Assembly (NCBI GenBank): GCA_964479175.1
Contig: CAYZLT010000001.1
Span: 25,428-64,338, forward strand
Direction: 5' to 3'
DNA: 38,911 bases
DNA from: an uncultured Solibacteraceae bacterium
Lineage (GTDB): Bacteria > Acidobacteriota > Vicinamibacteria > Vicinamibacterales > SCN-69-37
The translations under genes and the position numbers were made by a program. Of this stretch, positions 9,497-18,101 are shown in pieces. Within the stretch, counting starts at the first letter, position 1. The number at the start of each line of letters is the position of its first letter. The notes beneath the pieces were generated by a model. The model worked only from the letters and a program-made list of their open reading frames with translations, was not told where the DNA came from and made no database searches.

Positions 9497-11628
9497 CAGT
9501 AGAACACCACAAAGGTGATGACGGTAATCGCCGTCAGAATCACCGGCCAGTACAACAACTTCGGAATGATGTGATCGCCCTGCTCAAGTTTGGGAAAGTG
9601 TCCCGTATAGGTATTGGTCAACGTGATCAACGCCTGGCTGAGAATGGCGGCATAGACGACGAAGTAGAAGTACTCGATATACAGAATCGCCGAGCTCGAC
9701 ATTCTGCGTCGCAGATCAAGTTCCGACAGAATGAGGATGAAAAACAACCCTGAGAATGCGGCCAGCATCTGGACCACGTTGCTGCGAGTGTTGGGATTGA
9801 CCACCAACAACAAGGTGAACACCATGAAGCTGGAGACGGCAATCGGCAACACGCTGGAAAACAGCGGCTCAAGGATCTTGCGGTTGATGATGACGTTGAA
9901 TGCCAGCTCGTTCGCCACACCACCGGCCGAGTCGGCGATACCAAATGAGGTGTTGCGATTTGAGGCGAGGTTGCTGAACTGTGTCCGCGCGACCGACCAC
10001 CCGGGCAACGTCATGTCTTTTTCGAGCCCCAATCGCGCCAGGGGGTGAATGATTTGGTACGACTCGAGATCGGGGATCAAAATCACGCCCTTGTCGAGGT
10101 CCTGGTGCCGAATCCTGAACCGGAAGTCCTGCTGGTCAAGCGGGTACTTCGCATAGTCAAAACTCTGCCGGACCTCGGCCTTCACAAACCACCCAATCGT
10201 CTCTGAGTCCGGGTTCTTGCGCCGATACGCCTCGCGTACGGTGACGTCTGACGCTTCCGGCAGCAAAAAGCCGCGCGTGATGGTCTCCGGAATATTGGCC
10301 GGATAGGTCTGCCAGACGTAGCCGCTGACCTGGATGTTGTTGGGGCCAATGAGCTCAAACGTCTCGAGAATCACGCCCGTCGGCACAAATCGCGGCAACG
10401 TGCCACTGCGCTGCAGGGATGTGCGGGTGGTGTCGAGCACAAATTTGCGCACACTGCCGGCATTGGCAAACACCGTTTGCCCCTCAACGGGCGGCGCGGG
10501 CGCTCCAAACCCGTGTTGCCACAACATGCCGATGCCCACCACCAACATCAGGCAACTGGCGACCACCCCGCCCCACAGGACAAAGATCCTGCCGTCGGAC
10601 CGTTTCAGGATGGTGCTCCACAGGGTCAGCAGACACGCCAGCAGCACGGCCACCGTGATCGTCATTTTCTGGCGGCGGAACATCCGGATGTTCTCCGCCT
10701 GCTGCTGGAAGAACACGATGCCGACGGTCCAGCCGGTGGAGGGAACCGACCTCGACAGAATCCAACTCGCTTCTCCGGTCACCGGGTCGATCAGATTCTC
10801 GATCACGTCGACGCCGGCCGTCCGAGCGGCGTCAAAGATCCGCTGCGCCTGAACCAATGTGCCGGACCTGGCGGCGGCCGCCGGATCGAGATCACCGGAC
10901 TCATCGCCGAATTCCTGCGCGAACGGATGCGAGATCGCGAAGCCGTCTTTCGAGATCAGGAATCCATACCCGACATCCCCGAGGTCGAGGGACTGAATCA
11001 GGTCATCCACTTCAGACAGCGACATCGTCGCGTGCACCACACCGGCGGTGGCCTGCGGGGTTGACGAGGCAGGGTCGGAGAACGGAGTGGCATACTCCAC
11101 GACCGGCCCCTGTTCGCTGTCGGTCGACGGTTCGGTCCAGCCCCCGGCGGACGTGGTGCCGACCTGGTACCAGCGGGTCTCGCCAAGGGTGTAGTCGTAG
11201 AGCGAATCCAGCGGAACAAACACGGTGGATTCGCCCTGCCGTCGGAACGACGGCGCGTGCAGGCGCAGGTTCGGGTCAAACCGGTGCGGCATGAACGCCG
11301 CGCCAACGGCGAGCAGTTGTGGCGTGATGTCGATCGCCCCCTGAAGTCGGGTGGGCACCTCAGCCTTCGGCACGCGGCCGCTGCTGATGTCTGCGGCGAC
11401 GGCGTTCACCACGGCGGGAACCCGACTCAGCTCCGCATCAATGACATTGGCCGCGCGTTCCGCCTCCCTGGCCGCCCGCTCCCGCAATGCGGCGCTCGCG
11501 CGGCTGGAGCCGATCACGTAGAACACCAGGAGCGTCAGCGCGACGGCAAGACTCGCCCACTTCAGGTAATCAACGTACCGAAGCCACGGCCATTGAGCCG
11601 GGGTCACACCGGGCGTGGGATCACTCAC
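9496..11628 (-). CDS. Double-Cache sensor fused to a pentameric ligand-gated ion channel (pLGIC / Cys-loop family)-like module
   Basis: N-terminal TM, then a ~280-aa periplasmic region with dCache-like features (RWYQVG...GGWTEP, GVVHATMSLSEV, GYGFLISKDGFAISHP). Next come two TM helices and a ~200-aa beta-rich domain carrying the Cys-loop-equivalent signature KYPLDQQDFRFRI and the pre-M1 FNVIINRKILEP. Four C-terminal TM helices follow in an M1-M4 arrangement. GTG start at 11628. Confidence 0.65.
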   Translation of the reverse strand: MSDPTPGVTPAQWPWLRYVDYLKWASLAVALTLLVFYVIGSSRASAALRERAAREAERAANVIDAELSRVPAVVNAVAADISSGRVPKAEVPTRLQGAIDITPQLLAVGAAFMPHRFDPNLRLHAPSFRRQGESTVFVPLDSLYDYTLGETRWYQVGTTSAGGWTEPSTDSEQGPVVEYATPFSDPASSTPQATAGVVHATMSLSEVDDLIQSLDLGDVGYGFLISKDGFAISHPFAQEFGDESGDLDPAAAARSGTLVQAQRIFDAARTAGVDVIENLIDPVTGEASWILSRSVPSTGWTVGIVFFQQQAENIRMFRRQKMTITVAVLLACLLTLWSTILKRSDGRIFVLWGGVVASCLMLVVGIGMLWQHGFGAPAPPVEGQTVFANAGSVRKFVLDTTRTSLQRSGTLPRFVPTGVILETFELIGPNNIQVSGYVWQTYPANIPETITRGFLLPEASDVTVREAYRRKNPDSETIGWFVKAEVRQSFDYAKYPLDQQDFRFRIRHQDLDKGVILIPDLESYQIIHPLARLGLEKDMTLPGWSVARTQFSNLASNRNTSFGIADSAGGVANELAFNVIINRKILEPLFSSVLPIAVSSFMVFTLLLVVNPNTRSNVVQMLAAFSGLFFILILSELDLRRRMSSSAILYIEYFYFVVYAAILSQALITLTNTYTGHFPKLEQGDHIIPKLLYWPVILTAITVITFVVFY

Positions 11629-11631
11629 GTG

Positions 11632-12732
11632 TTAAAAAATTCCTGCGCGCTTGAGTCGCGCCGTGGGATTGACGATGACGATCAGGTCAAAGCGGTGATT
11701 GACCGGGACCGGGAACGTGTTGTCGAAGGCCTTGGTGTGGTACCAGATGAGCGACATGTCGGCGGTCACTGGGAACGTGCCGATCGTATACCACCGCTTG
11801 CCGACACCGTAGCGGTCACCATTGACGGTGGGAATGTAGGACCGATCCACGGACATGACACCCGCATTCACCGTCAACTTGCCAAACTTCAAGTCCACTG
11901 ACGCGTTCAATCCCTTGCCCTTCGGAGTGCCGGTGAACGTATTGGTCCCGGTCCGCTCCAGGTCCGACACGCGCTGATAGGCCTCGAATCGCACACCGGT
12001 CACCACCTTCGCAGCCGCAGGCGTCCGAATCACGAGAGCCTCGCGGAGGATGTCACGACCGTCTTCGTGCGTGTAATCGACCGACGCGGTGACCCGTGGC
12101 GTCAGCCTGACCCCCAGCAGGACCTGCCCGTAGTTGTAGTCAAAGCTGTCATCCAACCGGCGGAACACGTTGGGCTGGGCCACACCAAAGTGGCCGATGG
12201 TGCCCGACAGTTGGGTGATGCGCCCGGAGGTGGGCCGCACGGTGACGCGTTGACCCACGAGGTAGCCGTCCATGTCGTAGGAGATGTTCTCGGACACGTC
12301 CCCGCGGTTCGGGCCGAGGCCACCCACCTGCAGTTCCAGCCCAGAGACCGGTGCCGCGGACAGGAAGAGATGGCGCATCCAGAACTTGCCAACGAAGTCG
12401 CCCTTCCCCATACCCGTATCGTTCCAACTGGCAACGTACGTGGGGCCCGCAGAGGCCATCATGTTGACGCTGTATTTGCCGGCCGCGTCAAACAGCAGTC
12501 GCCCACGCGTCAGGCCGTGCCACTGAATACCGTCGGCGGTAACCACCTCGGCGGAGGTCTTGTTCCACCGATATCGAAGTCCCGCCTGCACTGCCTGCAC
12601 ATCGAGCCATCGTCGAATCGCCGGCGGCTCCGCTGGAGCGGCCGGGGCGGGTGTCTGAGCCAAGGTGGAGACGGGGGTCGCCAGGGCGGCGAGTCCGAAC
12701 ACGGCAAGCGATGCGAGATGAGGACGAATCAT
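11632..12732 (-). CDS. Outer-membrane beta-barrel (porin-like) protein
   Basis: Signal peptide MIRPHLASLAVFGLAALATPVSTLAQ, alternating strand pattern, C-terminal ...LKRAGIF. Start taken at ATG 12732 (ATG 12753 is also possible; the track start 12813 is unlikely). Confidence 0.65.
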   Translation of the reverse strand: MIRPHLASLAVFGLAALATPVSTLAQTPAPAAPAEPPAIRRWLDVQAVQAGLRYRWNKTSAEVVTADGIQWHGLTRGRLLFDAAGKYSVNMMASAGPTYVASWNDTGMGKGDFVGKFWMRHLFLSAAPVSGLELQVGGLGPNRGDVSENISYDMDGYLVGQRVTVRPTSGRITQLSGTIGHFGVAQPNVFRRLDDSFDYNYGQVLLGVRLTPRVTASVDYTHEDGRDILREALVIRTPAAAKVVTGVRFEAYQRVSDLERTGTNTFTGTPKGKGLNASVDLKFGKLTVNAGVMSVDRSYIPTVNGDRYGVGKRWYTIGTFPVTADMSLIWYHTKAFDNTFPVPVNHRFDLIVIVNPTARLKRAGIF

Positions 12733-12814
12733 TGCGTGGAGATTGTCCTTCATTACGGGCGTTGTTCCAATCCTGCTATCCTCTCGTCTCTTATCCCTTT
12801 GGAGGACGACCATC

Positions 12815-14071
12815 GTGACGCGACGTTCGGTCTTGATCAGTGCAATCGTGGTGGGCGCTGTGGGCCTGTCGGCCGCTCAGCCGCCCAAAGCCACCGAGGG
12901 GGTGTCGCCAACCTCGATCACGATTGGGATGTCCGCCGCCTTCACGGGAGCCTCCCGCAGCCTCGGCATCGAGCTCTTCCGCGGGTCGATGGCCTACCTG
13001 GCCGAAGTCAATCGCAATGGGGGCGTTCACGGCCGCCAGATCAGGATTCAGGCATACGACGACGGGTATCAGCCGAACGCGGCGATGAAGAACTCCCTCA
13101 AGTTGATGCTGGAAGACGACGTGTTCCTGCTGTTCAACTATGTCGGAACGCCCACGGTCACCCGTGTCCTGCCACTGCTGAAGAAGTATCAAAACCTCCA
13201 CTTTTCCCTGTTTTTCCCGTTTACAGGCGCACAGCCGCACCGCGAACCGCCGTACGGGTCGCTGGCGGTCAACCTCCGAGCCTCCTATCGGCAAGAGACG
13301 CAGGGGCTGGTCGATAACTTCCTGACGGCCGGCCGGTCGCGCATTGCGGTGTTCTACCAAGCCGACGCGTACGGTCGGAGTGGCTGGGTCGGCGTACGCG
13401 AGGCGCTCACAAAGAAGGGCCTCAAGATCGCCGGCGAAGCCACCTACACCCGGGGCACCAAGTACTCGGAGAGCCTCGACCGGCAGGTGGCGATCATGCA
13501 GGAAATCAAACCTGACGCCATCATTTCCATCGGTGCCTATGAGGCGTGTGCGGCATTCATCCGTGATGCCCGGAAGGCCGGCCTCGATGTGCCCATCGCA
13601 AACGTCTCGTTTGTCGGCAGCGAAAGCCTCCTGGCCCTGTTGAGCGCATCGTCGGCCACCGACGACCGCGACTACACGGTGAACCTCGTGAACTCGCAGG
13701 TGGTGCCCAGCTACGAAAGCGCCACCGCGCCGGTCGTGCGCGAATACCGGGCGCTGATGGAGAAACACCAACCGGACCCGCCGCAGGGGTTCGGCGACGC
13801 CGGCTACAAAATGTTGCCCTACAGCTTTGTCAGCCTCGAAGGGTTCCTGAACGCAAAACTGCTGGTCGAGGTGCTCAAGCGCATGGGCCCATCGCCGCAA
13901 CGCGCACACATTGTGTCGACGATCGAGCAATTGTCCAACATCGAATTGGGCATGGGCACGCCGGTGTCGTTTTCGCGCGAGCGGTATCAAGGGTCGGACG
14001 CGATTTATTACACCACGGTGCGCGACGGACGCTTCGTGCCCATTACGAACTGGCAGGAGTGGCGAAAGTGA
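12815..14071 (+). CDS. Periplasmic binding protein type I (LivK/Peripla_BP_6-like), orphan paralog
   Basis: GTG 12815 preceded by GGAGGA at 12801..12806. Signal peptide VTRRSVLISAIVVGAVGLSAAQ. IGMSAAFTGASRSLG, NVSFVGSESL and the C-terminal FSRERYQGS parallel the 8327..9496 protein. Confidence 0.85.
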   Translation: MTRRSVLISAIVVGAVGLSAAQPPKATEGVSPTSITIGMSAAFTGASRSLGIELFRGSMAYLAEVNRNGGVHGRQIRIQAYDDGYQPNAAMKNSLKLMLEDDVFLLFNYVGTPTVTRVLPLLKKYQNLHFSLFFPFTGAQPHREPPYGSLAVNLRASYRQETQGLVDNFLTAGRSRIAVFYQADAYGRSGWVGVREALTKKGLKIAGEATYTRGTKYSESLDRQVAIMQEIKPDAIISIGAYEACAAFIRDARKAGLDVPIANVSFVGSESLLALLSASSATDDRDYTVNLVNSQVVPSYESATAPVVREYRALMEKHQPDPPQGFGDAGYKMLPYSFVSLEGFLNAKLLVEVLKRMGPSPQRAHIVSTIEQLSNIELGMGTPVSFSRERYQGSDAIYYTTVRDGRFVPITNWQEWRK

Positions 14072-14799
14072 GAATCGCGAAACTCTTTCAAAAAACAATG
14101 TTCGGGATCTTCCTGTTGTTCGGGTTGATTGCGGTTTCCACCTCAGCGTTGTGTGTTTATACGGTCGACAAACAACTGTCGACCGAATACGAGGCCAACA
14201 GTCGCACGATTGCGCAGACGATCGCCAACTCCAGTCTCGATATCATCCTCAATCGCGACCTGTCCACCCTGCAGTCCCTCATTGACCAGTTCAAGGAACT
14301 CCAGGGCATCAAATACATCTATATCGTCGACGAACACGGCGACTGGCTGGCGCACACGTTTGTGCCGGGGATTCCGAAGGAAATTCAGTCGGCCGACCGC
14401 ACACCGGGCGCCACCGTTGAGCGGCAGTTGCCTGGGTTTGGCGAATTCGTCGAGGTCTCGAGCCCGATTCTCGACGGAATCGCCGGATCGGTGCACGTGG
14501 GCATGGACAAGGGCCTGATTGCGCTGAAGATTCAGACCGCGATCGGCCAGCAGATCTACCTGATCTCGATCATCTTCATCGTGTCGATCATCGGGTCCTA
14601 CCTGCTGGTGAATCTGGCCGCCAAACCCATCACTCGCCTGGGTGGCTACGCCACACATCTGGTGGCACCCGATGCGCCCAACGCGCTGACGCCAGACGAA
14701 GCGCAGGCGCTCCTGGAGCGGGCCGATGAAGTCGGCCAGATGGCGCGCCTCTATCGCCATCTGGCGCTGCGCAGCGAAGGCGCGGAACTCGCGCCGTGA
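14059..14799 (+). CDS. Membrane protein: periplasmic PDC/Cache-like domain + HAMP, with no output domain
   Basis: TM1 FGIFLLFGLIAVSTSALCVY, a ~130-aa periplasmic domain, TM2 IYLISIIFIVSIIGSYLLVNLAA, then a HAMP-like KPITRLGGYATHL...DEVGQMARLYRHLA, then the stop. Alternative GTG 14068 would give a GTGA overlap with the SBP stop. The stop overlaps the MFS GTG (GTGA at 14796..14799). Confidence 0.65.
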   Translation: MAKVRIAKLFQKTMFGIFLLFGLIAVSTSALCVYTVDKQLSTEYEANSRTIAQTIANSSLDIILNRDLSTLQSLIDQFKELQGIKYIYIVDEHGDWLAHTFVPGIPKEIQSADRTPGATVERQLPGFGEFVEVSSPILDGIAGSVHVGMDKGLIALKIQTAIGQQIYLISIIFIVSIIGSYLLVNLAAKPITRLGGYATHLVAPDAPNALTPDEAQALLERADEVGQMARLYRHLALRSEGAELAP

Positions 14800-16142
14800 C
14801 CGAAGCGGCACCGACCAATCGCTGGCTCGTCGCCATCATGGGCACGATCCTGCAGTTATGCCTCGGGACGGTGTACGCCTGGAGCTTTTTCCAGGCGATG
14901 CTGGTGAAGTCGTACCGCTGGTCGTATACCGACACGGCGTGGGCGTTCAGCCTGGTCATTTGCACTCTCGGAATTTCAGCCGCGTGGGCCGGCGTCAACC
15001 TGCCACGCTTCGGGCCGCGCAAACTGGCCGTCACCGGCGGCTTGTTGTTCAGCTTGAGCTACATCCTCGGTGGCCTGGCGCTGCACCTCGAAAGCCGCAC
15101 GTTGTTTTACCTCGGCTACGGCGTGGTCGGAGGATTCGGCATTGGTCTGGGCTACGTCACGCCGGTCTCTACCGTCGCCAAATGGTTCCCCGATAAGAAG
15201 GGGCTTGTCACCGGCGTCGTCGTGATGGGTTTCGGCATCGGTGCGTTTGTGATGAGCAAGGTGCTGGTCCCGCTGCTGCTGCACGCGACCGACGGCGACC
15301 TTGTGTATGTATTTGTCTCGCTGGGCGTTTTTTTCGCCATGGTCCTGCTGCCCGTGGCGATGTTCATGAAGGACCCACCAGCAGTTGCGGCCGCGGCAGC
15401 GGTCTCAACGACCGTGGTCACACCGGATCTGCCCACGAGTCACTACCTGAAGTCGAGCCAGTTCCTCATCATGTGGCTGGTCTTCTTCTGCAACATCACC
15501 GCCGGTATCTCGGTCATCAGTTTTCAGTCGCCTCTGCTGCAGGAAATTTGGGGGCTGGCCGACCCGACTGCGGAACCGGCCGCGCTGGCCACCTACGGAG
15601 CGACACTCATTGCCGTCAGCTCCCTGTTTAACGGCGTCGGGCGCTTGCTCTGGGGCATGATTTCCGACCGCATCGGACGCGTTGAGAGTTTCCGGCTCCT
15701 GCTCGCCTCCCAGATGATCGTGTTCGGCGTGTTGATGACCGAACGGGATCCGTGGATCTTCAGCGCACTCGTCTGTTATGTCCTACTGTGTTTTGGAGGC
15801 GGATTTGGCACGATGCCGTCGTTTGTCATCGATGTCTTTGGCGCCAAACGGATGTCGGTGATGTACGGCACGTTGCTCACCGCCTGGGCGGCCGCCGGCG
15901 TGGTCGGGCCCATGCTCGTGGCATCGGTCAAGGACTACTATCCGGACCGCGCCGTCCTCTATTGTTTCCTCGTCGGCGTCATGTTCCTTGGTGCGGGGTT
16001 TATTTTTTCGTTCCTGGCAACCAACGAACGGTGTGTTCCGGGGAAACCCGCACTCGACGATCTTGGGATTGCTCCCGAATATCTCCCAGCACCACGTACG
16101 CGGTTGACCACGCGTCACACAGTCGCGCCGACGGCCCCGTAA
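14796..16142 (+). CDS. MFS transporter, oxalate/formate antiporter (OFA)-like
   Basis: 12 predicted TM helices. The N-terminal LQLCLGTVYAWSFF and the GYVTPVSTVAKWFPDKKGLVTG loop are characteristic of OFA-family MFS proteins. Confidence 0.8.
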   Translation: MTEAAPTNRWLVAIMGTILQLCLGTVYAWSFFQAMLVKSYRWSYTDTAWAFSLVICTLGISAAWAGVNLPRFGPRKLAVTGGLLFSLSYILGGLALHLESRTLFYLGYGVVGGFGIGLGYVTPVSTVAKWFPDKKGLVTGVVVMGFGIGAFVMSKVLVPLLLHATDGDLVYVFVSLGVFFAMVLLPVAMFMKDPPAVAAAAAVSTTVVTPDLPTSHYLKSSQFLIMWLVFFCNITAGISVISFQSPLLQEIWGLADPTAEPAALATYGATLIAVSSLFNGVGRLLWGMISDRIGRVESFRLLLASQMIVFGVLMTERDPWIFSALVCYVLLCFGGGFGTMPSFVIDVFGAKRMSVMYGTLLTAWAAAGVVGPMLVASVKDYYPDRAVLYCFLVGVMFLGAGFIFSFLATNERCVPGKPALDDLGIAPEYLPAPRTRLTTRHTVAPTAP

Positions 16143-16764
16143 CCACCACCGACGCCGTTGCACGCTCGATCGGCACACCCGAGCGTGGATCCACGATGTG
16201 CGCGTGCGCCTGGGCTGCGGCGTCTGAGACAGAGAACGCGAGGTCTTCAAGACGAAGTCCAGGGGTCCAGGGGTCCAGGGGTCCGACGTGCACGTGCCAC
16301 GGGTGCCCAGCGACGTCGAGCCCCATCGCGATGCCGCTGCTGGTGCCGCCATGCAGAAAAGCCGACGTGATGCCGTTGGCCCGCAACAGGCGGGCGCCAC
16401 AGTCGATCGCATGCCCCTTGGCGATGCCACCCAGATCAAGCTGCATTGCGGGGTCGTCGAAGTGCAGCGTCCGCTGCCCGTGATCAAGCACGAGCGCGTG
16501 ACCATACCCCCGTGTGATGTCGAAGGCTCCGCCTGACTCCCTCCAGACGGTCTGCCCGTCCACCAACATTGCCCACACATCGTCATCACACCGGACCGCT
16601 TCAGACGCGGCCGTGCGATTGACATGGGAGAGCCAGCTGTCGGGCGCAAACCGATTGAGTCGCTGGTGCCACTCGTCGATTTCCGCCATGACGAGCTCGC
16701 CAATCGGCGCGAGGTCTGCGGCGGAGCGTACCGCAGGCAACACCAATTCGAAGCGTGTGGCCAT
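16000..16764 (-). CDS. apbE: FAD:protein FMN transferase (ApbE family), no recognisable signal peptide
   Basis: MATRFELVL..., APDSWLSHVNR, DLGGIAKGHAID, HIVDPRSGVP, CDAWSTAYVVLG. The 3' 143 nt overlap the convergent MFS gene. Confidence 0.75.
   Translation of the reverse strand: MATRFELVLPAVRSAADLAPIGELVMAEIDEWHQRLNRFAPDSWLSHVNRTAASEAVRCDDDVWAMLVDGQTVWRESGGAFDITRGYGHALVLDHGQRTLHFDDPAMQLDLGGIAKGHAIDCGARLLRANGITSAFLHGGTSSGIAMGLDVAGHPWHVHVGPLDPWTPGLRLEDLAFSVSDAAAQAHAHIVDPRSGVPIERATASVVVTGPSARLCDAWSTAYVVLGDIREQSQDRRVRVSPEHTVRWLPGTKK
16257..16284. repeat. 8-bp tandem repeat (aggggtcc x3) inside apbE
   Basis: gtcc aggggtcc aggggtcc aggggtcc. Encodes GPLDPWTPG on the minus strand. It shares the GGTCC-spacer-GGTCC motif with 5486..5572. 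Confidence 0.85.
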
Positions 16765-16796
16765 GGCTGCGGTGGCAAACCGCAGGACCTCCGCGC

Positions 16797-18101
16797 TCAG
16801 AGCTTGCGAACCTTCCCCGTGCGCGGGTCGAACCCGAAGGCGGCCCGTTCCCAGAACGACCGCTGCGCCAGATCCACGATCACCATGACCTTGGTGCCCA
16901 GTTCAACGTCACTCATCGGCTTTTCCCGCGTGCGGATGCAGTCCACCCAGTGGCGGCGCAACATCTCCTGCGGGTCGAGCACCTCGCCTTCTGGTGCAAT
17001 CTCGCGCTCTTCGATCTCGTCCGCCCAGATGCGCTCGGGCCTGATGATCGCGTTGCGGCCGCCGACAAACAGGTTGGCCTTGTGACCGCGGATGATGCGC
17101 TCGAGGCCCAGCTCATTACACGTCGACCCGGCCACGACCATCGTGTGGTCGTGCTCGAAATCAATGTTGATGTTGATCTGGTCCGGGTTCTCCATGGCCT
17201 TGTCGATCATGTGGCCACCGGTCGCGACGACACGGATGGGCCACCCGACATTCAGCGCCTTGAGCGTCGGCGTCACGTGATGCACCAGAAGGTCGCCAAT
17301 GATGCCGGACGAGTATTTCTTGTAGCGGCGCCACCGGGCGTAAATCTCCGGATTCCACGCGGCCTTGCCAAGGGGTTTGCACCACTGATCCCAGTCGAGA
17401 TTGCCTCCCGGCGTCCAGGCCGGGTCAATCGCGTAGTACGTCCACTCGCCGGTCTTGGTGTTGCGGCAATAACTGGTCTGACTCCACACCGGCTTGCCGA
17501 TCGCGCCTTCTGCGATCAGTTTCTCCGCGGCGACGTACGACGGCGTCATCACAAACTGCGTGCCGACGACGACAATGGCGGAAGGGTTGGCCTGGACCAC
17601 TTTGCGGAGACGCTGGGCGTCCTTGAGGTTCAAGGTCATCGGCTTTTCGACGTACACGTCTTTGCCGGCCTTGATGGCGTCTTCGGCCATGCGCCCGTGC
17701 CAGTGTTCAGGCGTGGCGATCAGGACGCCATGAATGTCTGGACGGGCGAGCACTTCTTCATGACGACGATAAGTCGCGATGTCCCCACCTTGCACTTTGT
17801 CGACGCGTGCCTTGGCATTGGCCACTCGGGGATCACACAGGTCACACAGCGCCTCAAGGCGGACCGGCCGTCCATCACGGGCGTTCCTGGCGAAGGCTTC
17901 CGCATGGCCTGTTCCCATGCCGCCCGTGCCGATGACCGCGATCTTGACGACATCGTTCGGGCCCAATGCGGGGCGGGGCTGCGCCGCAGGAATGGGTTCC
18001 AGATCTTCGGCCGCCTCGGCCTCTCGACCGGCCAGCCCCGCAGCGACCGCAGCCGCCGCGGTGGTCTTGAGGAAGTGACGACGGGATTTCGGGGTGGTCA
18101 T
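16797..18101 (-). CDS. Gfo/Idh/MocA-family oxidoreductase with Tat signal
   Basis: [20 protein letters not shown] leader, [13 protein letters not shown] Rossmann motif, EKPMT motif. Confidence 0.85.
   Translation of the reverse strand: MTTPKSRRHFLKTTAAAAVAAGLAGREAEAAEDLEPIPAAQPRPALGPNDVVKIAVIGTGGMGTGHAEAFARNARDGRPVRLEALCDLCDPRVANAKARVDKVQGGDIATYRRHEEVLARPDIHGVLIATPEHWHGRMAEDAIKAGKDVYVEKPMTLNLKDAQRLRKVVQANPSAIVVVGTQFVMTPSYVAAEKLIAEGAIGKPVWSQTSYCRNTKTGEWTYYAIDPAWTPGGNLDWDQWCKPLGKAAWNPEIYARWRRYKKYSSGIIGDLLVHHVTPTLKALNVGWPIRVVATGGHMIDKAMENPDQININIDFEHDHTMVVAGSTCNELGLERIIRGHKANLFVGGRNAIIRPERIWADEIEEREIAPEGEVLDPQEMLRRHWVDCIRTREKPMSDVELGTKVMVIVDLAQRSFWERAAFGFDPRTGKVRKL

Noticed and set aside
12067-14098. 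416-aa (+, 12067..13317) and 435-aa (-, 12791..14098) ORFs overlapping the OMP and binding-protein genes.
   Set aside because: They lie antisense to genes with signal peptides and family motifs, and their composition is dominated by R, G, P and H. No recognisable domains.
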